64,000 bases of DNA from Dehalococcoidia bacterium (GTDB taxonomy: Bacteria > Chloroflexota > Dehalococcoidia > Dehalococcoidales > RBG-16-60-22). The notes beneath the pieces were generated by a model. That model ran no database searches. It was not told the origin of the DNA and was given only the letters and a program-made list of their open reading frames with translations. Each line of letters begins with the position of its first letter. The stretch's first letter is position 1. Location of the stretch: contig DUFB01000065.1 of the NCBI GenBank assembly GCA_011192005.1, positions 16,843 through 80,842 on the forward strand. The letters run 5' to 3'. A program made the translations under genes and the position numbers. Positions 56,784-64,000 of this stretch are shown here, piece after piece.

Positions 56784-57771
56784 TTTCCTCCTCAGCTATT
56801 TCCGTAATATTCCGTTCCACCGTTTCCTTAGCCAGGCCGATGGCGTTTTTAATAGCCCTGGCCTTACTGCGTCCGTGGGCAATAATAACATTACCATTGA
56901 TACCGAGTAAACAGGCTCCGCCGTATTCAGTGTAGTCCAGCTTCTCAATCCACGATTCCAGGCCGATATCGCGCAGCAGGTCGCGACCCCGCACGCTCGA
57001 AGCACTGGAAAAGACACGCCCTATCTGCCTAACCGAAGTTAAAAAGTTATCGCTGTAACCCTCGGCGGTCTTGAGAACGATATTACCGGTAAAACCGTCG
57101 GTGACGATAACATCAACGGTCCGGTTAGTAATATCGTGTCCCTCAATATTGCCGAAAAAATTAATATCTTTGGCCTTTTTCAGAAGCTTGTAGGTCTCGT
57201 GAATCAGTCGGTTACCCTTACCGTCCTCGGTGCCATTGCTGAGTAAGCCAACACGCGGTGAAGGTATTTTGAGAATATTCTGACTGTACTGAGAACCCAG
57301 TCTGGCGAACTCGAGCAAATGTTTGGCACGGCAATCCGAGTTAGCCCCGGCATCAACCAACAACGGCGGCACCGACGATATGGTATCCAGAAAGCAACCG
57401 ATGGCAGGCCGGCTGACGCCTTTAGCCTTTCCGAGGGTAAGTAAAGACGCGGCTACAACAGCTCCGGTATTTCCTGCCGAGACAAATGCCGAAGCACCGC
57501 CGCTCTTGATCAGATTGATACCCACAACTATCGACGAGTTAGGCTTGGCCTGAAGCGCCTTAATGGGTGATTCATCATAATCGATGACTTGACTGGCATC
57601 GATAATGGTTACGCCGGACTGGCGCGAGGAACGCCCGGTGAGCACGTGGAGCACGCTCCTCCTGCCCACTAGAGCCACTTCAATACCAAATTCCTTGGCG
57701 GCATTAAGCGCTCCCTTGACAACCTCATGGGGGGCGTAGTCACCGCCGGCGGCATCAACCGCAATTATCAT
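56758..57771 (-). CDS. plsX: Phosphate acyltransferase PlsX
   Basis: MIIAVDAAGGDYAP, VTDGFTGNIVLK, GACLLGINGNVIIAHGRS. Confidence 0.9.
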   Translation of the reverse strand: MIIAVDAAGGDYAPHEVVKGALNAAKEFGIEVALVGRRSVLHVLTGRSSRQSGVTIIDASQVIDYDESPIKALQAKPNSSIVVGINLIKSGGASAFVSAGNTGAVVAASLLTLGKAKGVSRPAIGCFLDTISSVPPLLVDAGANSDCRAKHLLEFARLGSQYSQNILKIPSPRVGLLSNGTEDGKGNRLIHETYKLLKKAKDINFFGNIEGHDITNRTVDVIVTDGFTGNIVLKTAEGYSDNFLTSVRQIGRVFSSASSVRGRDLLRDIGLESWIEKLDYTEYGGACLLGINGNVIIAHGRSKARAIKNAIGLAKETVERNITEIAEEENDEQTSGD

Positions 57772-57876
57772 ATATCTATTTTACTCCCTGAGGTATAATA
57801 ATTTCATCCCACCTATCATTCCGGTATCCCGCGCAGGTAAATAGATGAATAAAGACGGAACCGACACCTCGCAAAT

Positions 57877-57940
57877 ACATGGTTAGCAGTTACTTCACTT
57901 TAGCAAACACATGGTCAACAGTTACTTCACTTTAGCGAAC
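57877..57940. repeat. Tandem 2 x 32-bp direct repeat spanning the stop codon of the M20 gene
   Basis: Copy 1 is 57877-57908: acatggttagcagttacttcactttagcaaac. Copy 2 is 57909-57940: acatggtcaacagttacttcactttagcgaac. By hand alignment 29 of 32 positions match. Confidence 0.8.
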
Positions 57941-59094
57941 TCATCCCGGGATTTCGCCAGATTATCGGGACTTCCCAGGAGGTCGATAACCGTCATCGCC
58001 ATGGCTTTAGCAGCATCAAGCATTGACCTAAGGCTATCTTCAGTTTTTGCTCTTTCAGCAAACTCCGGAGTATGTATCAGGACATCGTCGGGGGCGATGG
58101 ATACCAGCGGCTGGATGGTGGGGACAAGTCGGCTGACATTACCGACGTCACTGCTGCCTCCCCAGAATTTATCGCCGCCCAGAGGTATATCGTAGCCTAG
58201 GGCTTTCATATTGTCCCGGAACAAACGCGCCATGGTCATATTATTAATCATCGCCGCATAGCGTATAGTATCCCATTTATATTTAAGCTCAGCACCCGTA
58301 GCTACAGCCGCCCCGGTAAAGCAGTCGATTACCTTTTCCTTGAGGATATCGAGATACTCGTCATCAATAGCCCGCACGAAAAAGCTGGCGGAGGTATGGG
58401 CAGGGACGATATTGGCCGCCTCACCACCATCGGTGATAACGCCGTGAATGCGCGCCCCGTCCTTAATGTGCTGCCGCAAAGAATTGATGGCGTTGTAGGA
58501 CTGAATCATGGCTTCCAGAGCATTGATGCCCAGTTCCGGTTCAGCAGAAGCGTGCGCTGCCCTGCCGATAAACTCGACTTCCAGCGTCTGGCAGGCCAGG
58601 GTGTTCATGGCAGCGCTGTTACCGCCGCCGGGATGAACAATCATCGCCGCATCGATAGCATCGAAAGCCCCCCGCTCCGCCATGACAGCCTTACCACCGG
58701 TAAGCTCTTCACCGGGCGTACCGATAACGGCGACGCAACCGCCCAGTGCGTCGACGGCAATTTTTGAAGCTACGCCGGCCGCCACAGTCGCGGTGGCGAT
58801 GAGATTATGACCGCAGGCATGGCCCAGCTTGGGGAGAGCATCGTACTCAGCCAGTATGGCGATAGTGGGTCTGCCCGTACCGTAACTTCCGCGGAAAGCG
58901 GTAGACAGCTTGCAGATACCGCGTTCAAGAGTAAAGCCGTTATCCTCCAGATATTTCGATAGCCAGTCGGCGGCCTGACGCTCCTCGAAAGCCGTCTCGG
59001 GATTATCGTGTATTTTACGACTCAGCTCTTCAAGCTGCATGGTGCGGTCTGCTATATCTTTTTGGACTGATTTTTTTAGTTCCCCGCTATTCAC
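57922..59094 (-). CDS. M20-family amidohydrolase (AbgB/AmhX-like)
   Basis: 390 aa. IHDNPETAFEE, AILAEYDALPKLGHACGHNLI, GTPGEE. Confidence 0.8.
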   Translation of the reverse strand: MNSGELKKSVQKDIADRTMQLEELSRKIHDNPETAFEERQAADWLSKYLEDNGFTLERGICKLSTAFRGSYGTGRPTIAILAEYDALPKLGHACGHNLIATATVAAGVASKIAVDALGGCVAVIGTPGEELTGGKAVMAERGAFDAIDAAMIVHPGGGNSAAMNTLACQTLEVEFIGRAAHASAEPELGINALEAMIQSYNAINSLRQHIKDGARIHGVITDGGEAANIVPAHTSASFFVRAIDDEYLDILKEKVIDCFTGAAVATGAELKYKWDTIRYAAMINNMTMARLFRDNMKALGYDIPLGGDKFWGGSSDVGNVSRLVPTIQPLVSIAPDDVLIHTPEFAERAKTEDSLRSMLDAAKAMAMTVIDLLGSPDNLAKSRDEFAKVK

Positions 59095-59291
59095 ATGAAC
59101 GCTCCCACCCTGGCCGATAAACGGCCAGAAGCACCTTGAATATTATACACATTCCGTGCCGTTAACGCCATTGGATATTAAATGGATATCTCACCCCCAA
59201 GCTCCTTCCCCTTCTAAGGTGAATGAGTACATATGAGGCTTTAACAAATAAACACACAAGATTATAATAGAATTGCCAAGAGGATGCAGCA

Positions 59292-60182
59292 ATGAAATTG
59301 TGGCTGAAAGTCATAATTGGTGTAGTCGTCCTAGTGATAGTAATTATTATCGGTATTTCGGCTTACCTGGGCGGCATAGCAACCAGAGTGGATAGAGAAT
59401 CCATCACGATAGATCCGGCCGACCTGGGACTGGAATACGAAAATATCACGTTTCCGAGTCGGGAGGACCACCTGACGCTGCACGGCTGGTTTCTTCCCTC
59501 GCCGAACAGCGAGGAGATAATCATTATCCTCCACGGAGCCGAGTCGAACCGGTGCGATATAAATGTGAACGTTATGGGCATTGCCGCCGAATTAATATCA
59601 CTCGGTTATAATGTCCTCATGTTCGACTTCCGCGGTCACGGGGAGTCCGAGGGCGAGCGAATATCCGCCGGATTTCACGAGAGGAAGGACCTTTGGGGAG
59701 CGGTGGACTTCGCGCGGGAGCGGGGATTCGAGAAAATCGGGGTACTGGGCTTTTCTATGGGCGCCGCCACCGCCCTGATGGGAGCGGCCGAAGAACCAGA
59801 CATCGACTGCGTGGTAGCCGACAGCAGCTTCGCCGACATGGAAGGTATCATGGAGGGGGAGTTCACGGAGCGTACCAAATTTCCGGGATTCTTCATCACT
59901 CCCGTTTTGTATATGGTAAAAATCATGTACGGCGTGGATTTTACGGCGGTTAAACCAGTGGAAAGCGTTCCGGAGATAGCGCCGCGACCCATCATGTTCA
60001 TCCACGGCGAGAAGGACGATTTCGTACCCCTCGACCATGCTTACAGGCTGTACCAGGCATCTCAAAATCCTGATAACATACTCTGGATAGTCCCGGGCGC
60101 CGAACATGTGAAAGGCTATATTACTAGTCCGGCTGAATACATTAATAGAATAACCGCTTTTTTCGATAAAGTATTAAAATAA
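59292..60182 (+). CDS. Membrane-anchored alpha/beta hydrolase
   Basis: N-terminal TM helix, nucleophile elbow GFSMGA, HGEKDDFVP, and a C-terminal His in GAEHV. Confidence 0.75.
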   Translation: MKLWLKVIIGVVVLVIVIIIGISAYLGGIATRVDRESITIDPADLGLEYENITFPSREDHLTLHGWFLPSPNSEEIIIILHGAESNRCDINVNVMGIAAELISLGYNVLMFDFRGHGESEGERISAGFHERKDLWGAVDFARERGFEKIGVLGFSMGAATALMGAAEEPDIDCVVADSSFADMEGIMEGEFTERTKFPGFFITPVLYMVKIMYGVDFTAVKPVESVPEIAPRPIMFIHGEKDDFVPLDHAYRLYQASQNPDNILWIVPGAEHVKGYITSPAEYINRITAFFDKVLK

Positions 60183-60214
60183 AAATACAGATTACAACAA
60201 TGGGTTATGTTGAC

Positions 60215-60243
60215 TTGCATCATGTCATTTGCTGTGTTATAAT
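60215..60243 (+). promoter_or_regulatory. Extended -10 promoter upstream of nusA
   Basis: TTGCAT (60215-60220), 17-nt spacer, TGtTATAAT (60235-60243). Confidence 0.45.
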
Positions 60244-60274
60244 TCACCTGATAAGTTAAGATGTTTTAGTAGTG

Positions 60275-60299
60275 AAGTGGGTTTGATTCCCACTTTTTT
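60275..60299 (+). terminator. Intrinsic terminator hairpin inside the nusA leader
   Basis: AAGTGGG (60275-60281), loop TTTGATT, CCCACTT (60289-60295), running into T6 (60294-60299). The nusA RBS GGAGG is at 60321. Confidence 0.55.
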
Positions 60300-60336
60300 G
60301 TTAACAATTAATTACGGGCCGGAGGTTAAATCCGAG

Positions 60337-61860
60337 ATGAAGAGCGAATTCCTGCTCGCTATAACTCAGTTGTCGGCTGAGAAGAACCTGCCGAAAGACG
60401 TGGTTCTTACCGCCGTCGAGGCGGCGCTGGTTTCAGCCTACAAGAAGGACAATTTCGGTTCTAACCAGAATATCGCGGTAAAGATAGACCCCAACAGCGG
60501 TAGAGTGGAAGTGTGGGCGGAAAAGGCAGTAGTGAGGCTGGCAAAGGATAAAAACACAGAGATATCACTACGCGAAGCCAAGAAAATAAAAGAGGATGTT
60601 GAGGTCGGGGATACGCTGATGGTGGAATCCACCCCGGCCAACGCCGGGCGCATCGCGGCACAAACTGCCAAGCAGGTAATTCTACAGAGGCTGCACGAAG
60701 CCGAACACAGCGCCATCTTCGAGGAATATGCCGACAGGGAAGGCGAGGTTATCAGCGGCGTCGTGCAGCGTTTCGAACTCGGACAGGTCAACATCGACCT
60801 GGGACGCACCGAAGCTGTATTACCGCCTTCCGAGCAGGTGCGCACGGAACGATACCGCGTGGGTCAGCGACTAAAAGTAGTCCTTTTACAGGTAGCGCGT
60901 ACCAGCAAAGGTCCACGGGTAATCGTATCGCGCTCTCATCCCGACCTTCTCCGCCGGCTTTTCGAACTGGAAGTCCCGGAGGTATATAACGGGACTGTCG
61001 AGATAAAGGGTATCGCCCGCGAGGCCGGTTACCGAAGTAAAATCGCCGTGGCAGCCAAGCAGGAAGGCATCGACCCGGTGGGCTGCTGCGTCGGTCTGCG
61101 CGGCATCAGGATACAGAACATCGTCAGCGAATTGAACGGTGAAAAAATAGACGTGGTCATGTGGAGTCCCGATGTCACGGCTTATATCGCCAACGCCCTT
61201 AGCCCCGCCCATATAATAAGCGTGGAACTCAACGAGGAGGAACAGGCGGCCACGGTGGTCGTGCCCGACAAACAGCTATCCCTAGCGATAGGCAAAGAAG
61301 GGCAAAACGCCAGGCTTGCCGCCAAACTCACCGGGTGGCGAATCGACATCAAGAGCGCCTCCATTGTCGAAGCCGAAAAAGTAACGGAAACCAGGAAAGA
61401 ACCGGAGGCTGGGGCCCTGGAGGAAACGAAAGCCGAAATGGCGGAAGCCGAACCAATAGAGACCGAGCCGGTCAAGGTTGAATCAACCGTGTCCGAAGAA
61501 GAACAGGTGATAACCGAGGAGATACCGGAGGAAATAACAGCGGAGCTGGAATCGCTGGAGATTGAGGAGGAGGCCGCCGAGGAGGAAGCGGAAGAAGAGG
61601 AAGAGGAAACAGAACCAGTCGCCGAAGAGATGGTCATGCCCACACAGATGTTCGCGGAGGCCTTAGAGGACGACGGGAGGCCCCAGCTGCGTTTCGCTGA
61701 GGATATTTTACCCGGTCGCCGGGGCAGGTCCAGCTCCAAGTCGGATAAATCTAAGAAGAAGAGAAAGGGCGGATACGTGAGAGACACCAGTGAGGACGGT
61801 GTCAGGATGAGGAGAGGCCAGAAAGATTACAGGGAAGACGAGGACGATGAGTACTACTAA
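60337..61860 (+). CDS. nusA: Transcription termination/antitermination factor NusA with a long acidic C-terminal tail
   Basis: Start at the ATG at 60337 (GGAGG at 60321-60325). [24 protein letters not shown]1 and two KH modules ([39 protein letters not shown]). About 160 aa of E/D-rich tail. Confidence 0.92.
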   Translation: MKSEFLLAITQLSAEKNLPKDVVLTAVEAALVSAYKKDNFGSNQNIAVKIDPNSGRVEVWAEKAVVRLAKDKNTEISLREAKKIKEDVEVGDTLMVESTPANAGRIAAQTAKQVILQRLHEAEHSAIFEEYADREGEVISGVVQRFELGQVNIDLGRTEAVLPPSEQVRTERYRVGQRLKVVLLQVARTSKGPRVIVSRSHPDLLRRLFELEVPEVYNGTVEIKGIAREAGYRSKIAVAAKQEGIDPVGCCVGLRGIRIQNIVSELNGEKIDVVMWSPDVTAYIANALSPAHIISVELNEEEQAATVVVPDKQLSLAIGKEGQNARLAAKLTGWRIDIKSASIVEAEKVTETRKEPEAGALEETKAEMAEAEPIETEPVKVESTVSEEEQVITEEIPEEITAELESLEIEEEAAEEEAEEEEEETEPVAEEMVMPTQMFAEALEDDGRPQLRFAEDILPGRRGRSSSKSDKSKKKRKGGYVRDTSEDGVRMRRGQKDYREDEDDEYY

Positions 61861-62152
61861 AACGCATTCTCCCGGTAAAAAACACGTCCCGCAACGGACA
61901 TGCGTCGCCTGCCGAGAGGTGAAAACGAAGCATGAGCTGGTCCGCGTGGTACGCACGCCCGACGGTAATATCGAGCTTGACAGCACGGGGAAGAAGAACG
62001 GGCGTGGCGCCTACATATGTCCGAACCGTGACTGCTGGGAGAAGGCATTGACGGGAATACAGCTGGAGCGTACGCTGCACAGCAATATCACCGAAAAAAA
62101 CCGTGAAGAGCTGAGAATAAGCGGCAAGACACTGTTTAAAGGAGCAAGCTAG
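61847..62152 (+). CDS. ylxR: YlxR/RnpM-family (DUF448) RNA-binding protein
   Basis: [24 protein letters not shown]...[12 protein letters not shown]. Confidence 0.85.
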   Translation: MSTTKTHSPGKKHVPQRTCVACREVKTKHELVRVVRTPDGNIELDSTGKKNGRGAYICPNRDCWEKALTGIQLERTLHSNITEKNREELRISGKTLFKGAS

Positions 62153-63999
62153 TGCCTAAGGCCAGCCAACCGGATAATGTAGCCGAACCCGTTGCCGCAA
62201 AAGCGGAGAAGAAGACCGCAGCGGCCAAGGTACCGGTTGTCAATATTCCCAACTCCGTGGGAATCAGGCAACTGGCCGACTTCATGGGGGTGGACTCCAT
62301 ACAGGTAATCAAGCAGCTGATGAGAAGCGGCATCATGGCCAACATCAACCAGGTAATAGACTACGAAACCGCCGCTGCCATAGCAGGCTCATTCGGCTAT
62401 CAAGCCAAGCTGAAACCCCTGAAAGAACAACGTCTCGCCACCGCCTCTGAAGAAAGCAAGAAGCTAAAAAAACGGTATATTAAAGAATCGATAGACCTGC
62501 AGCCGCGTCCGCCGGTGGTTACCGTAATGGGGCACGTTAACCACGGCAAGACCAAACTGCTGGACGCTATAAGGCAGACGAACGTGGTTGACTCCGAGGC
62601 GGGAGGTATAACCCAGCATATCGGTGCTTACCAGGTAACCATCGACAGCCATAAAATTACCTTCCTGGACACACCGGGTCACGAAGCCTTTACCGCCATG
62701 CGCGCTCACGGTGCTAACATAACCGACGTAACCATCCTGGTAGTTGCCGCCGACGACGGGGTCATGCCCCAGACGATAGAAGCGATAAACCATGCCAAAG
62801 CCGCTGAAGTGCCAATAGTGGTGGCGATTAACAAGATTGACCGTGAAAATGCCAATCCCGATCTGGTAAAACAGCAGCTTACCGAGGCCGGCCTGGTTAT
62901 CGAGGAATACGGGGGCAACACGGTCTGCGTCGAAATATCAGCCAAAGAGAAGATAGGAATTCCCGAGCTGCTGGAAAGCCTGCTGCTGGTTGCCGAAATG
63001 GAAGAACTGAAAGCCTCGCCGAACCAGCCCGCGGCAGGGGTGGTAATCGAAGCCGAGATAGATAAGACACGGGGACCGCTGGCGACCGTACTGGTACAGA
63101 CGGGAACCCTGAAACTGGGCGACACGATAGTGGTCGGGAATACCTGGGGCAGGGTAAGAGCGATGTTCAACGACACCGGCAAGAGGATAAAGAAAGCCGA
63201 ACCCTCGACGCCGGTAGTGATTCTGGGATTGAACGAAGTACCTCACGCCGGTGATACACTTACGTCGGTAGTCGACGAGCAACACGCCCAGGCGATGCTG
63301 GTGAAGCAGAGAGAAGAAGCCAAGCGCAGCGCGTCTCTCACGGCAGACTCGGTGAACCTTGACAACCTCTACGACCAGATAAGCGCGGGGAAAGTTAAGG
63401 AACTTAATGTCGTGCTGAAGACGGACGTGCAGGGCAGCATCGAGCCGATAAGGCACTCTCTGGAACAGCTTGCCACTGACGAAGTCCAGGTAAGAATCAT
63501 CCACAGCGGTACGGGTAACATCACCGAGAGCGATGTAATGCTGGCCGCGGCATCTAACGGACTGATAATCGGCTTCAACGTCAGCGCTGGAGAAGGTGCC
63601 CGCCAGGTATCCTCCAATCAGAGGGTGGACATACGTTACTACGACGTGATTTATACTCTGACGGATGACGTAGCCAAAGCCCTCAAGGGTATGCTGGAAC
63701 CCAAGTATATCGAGGTAATCGATGGGAAAGCGGAGGTCAGAGCAGTCTTCCCCGCGGGCAAGGGAGCCAAGGCCGCCGGAGTGTATGTTACCGATGGTAA
63801 GATTACCCGAAATGCAACGGTGAGAGTATACCGGGGCAAAGAGGTATTGGTCGAATCCACAGTAAGCAGCCTGAAACGCTTTAAGGACGATGCCAAGGAA
63901 GTGGCGGCGGGTTATGAATGCGGCGTAGGCATCAAGGACTTCAACGATTTCGCCGTAGGTGATATGCTGGAATTCTATAAAATGGAGAAGTCCAGTTAG
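62152..63999 (+). CDS. infB: Translation initiation factor IF-2
   Basis: GTG start. [28 protein letters not shown]. Canonical C-terminal domains. Short N-terminal region (615 aa in total). Confidence 0.95.
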   Translation: MPKASQPDNVAEPVAAKAEKKTAAAKVPVVNIPNSVGIRQLADFMGVDSIQVIKQLMRSGIMANINQVIDYETAAAIAGSFGYQAKLKPLKEQRLATASEESKKLKKRYIKESIDLQPRPPVVTVMGHVNHGKTKLLDAIRQTNVVDSEAGGITQHIGAYQVTIDSHKITFLDTPGHEAFTAMRAHGANITDVTILVVAADDGVMPQTIEAINHAKAAEVPIVVAINKIDRENANPDLVKQQLTEAGLVIEEYGGNTVCVEISAKEKIGIPELLESLLLVAEMEELKASPNQPAAGVVIEAEIDKTRGPLATVLVQTGTLKLGDTIVVGNTWGRVRAMFNDTGKRIKKAEPSTPVVILGLNEVPHAGDTLTSVVDEQHAQAMLVKQREEAKRSASLTADSVNLDNLYDQISAGKVKELNVVLKTDVQGSIEPIRHSLEQLATDEVQVRIIHSGTGNITESDVMLAAASNGLIIGFNVSAGEGARQVSSNQRVDIRYYDVIYTLTDDVAKALKGMLEPKYIEVIDGKAEVRAVFPAGKGAKAAGVYVTDGKITRNATVRVYRGKEVLVESTVSSLKRFKDDAKEVAAGYECGVGIKDFNDFAVGDMLEFYKMEKSS

Positions 64000-64000
64000 G

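Noticed and set aside
60225-60300. Possible tRNA or tRNA 3' fragment, because GTGGG-TTTGATT-CCCAC resembles a T-arm
   Set aside because: I could not fold an acceptor stem, D-arm or anticodon arm from the preceding ~55 nt, and the 3' side is a T6 run, not an acceptor strand with CCA. It is better explained as an intrinsic terminator.
61182-61787. 201-aa Ser-rich minus-strand ORF
   Set aside because: It is antisense to the acidic NusA tail, a low-complexity shadow ORF.
1-64000. Looked for CRISPR arrays, rRNA, IS transposases, integrases and prophage genes
   Set aside because: I saw no regularly spaced direct repeats, rRNA signatures, DDE or tyrosine/serine recombinase motifs by eye. Absence cannot be proven without computational searches.

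Overview
Bacterial chromosomal window read by eye, with about 60 genes. Gene order resembles a monoderm anaerobe (ylyA-like dksA/lspA/rluD, nusA-ylxR-infB, rplI-dnaB-dnaD-dnaI-like, Thr/Pro-rich lipoprotein linkers). It is possibly Chloroflexota/Dehalococcoidia-like or Bacillota-like, but that is a guess. Housekeeping blocks are glnS, gltX, rluD, lspA, yggS, rplI, dnaB, trxB, trxA, plsX, nusA, ylxR and infB. Four accessory parts stand out. (1) At 16-4395, an EgtD-type histidine methyltransferase is convergent with an 1127-aa fusion of a Mo/W-pterin oxidoreductase and a NifS cysteine desulfurase. This matches the recently described metallopterin-dependent (MES) anaerobic ergothioneine route. 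(2) At about 23.9-44.7 kb lies an island of five paralogous metal-cupin proteins (one mono-cupin and four bicupins, nine cupin modules). They are interleaved with two atypical mini 2x[4Fe-4S] ferredoxins, a Cys-rich wHTH/Fe-S protein and a family-5 ABC importer, and preceded by a NuoE/F/G-like NADH module with no catalytic subunit. I regard this as the best candidate for an uncharacterised system. (3) A ChlI/MoxR-like AAA+ gene, a vWA gene and a stand-alone secretion-ATPase-like gene form a trio. (4) The replication operon has a helicase loader with two tandem AAA+ modules. Other observations: a multi-PAS two-component system carries an in-frame stop in the kinase and a frameshift in the regulator. 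There is also an AT-rich orphan gene with a HEPN-like motif, gene remnants, a 32-bp tandem duplication and a terminator-containing nusA leader. I found no rRNA, convincing tRNA, CRISPR array, transposase or integrase by eye.
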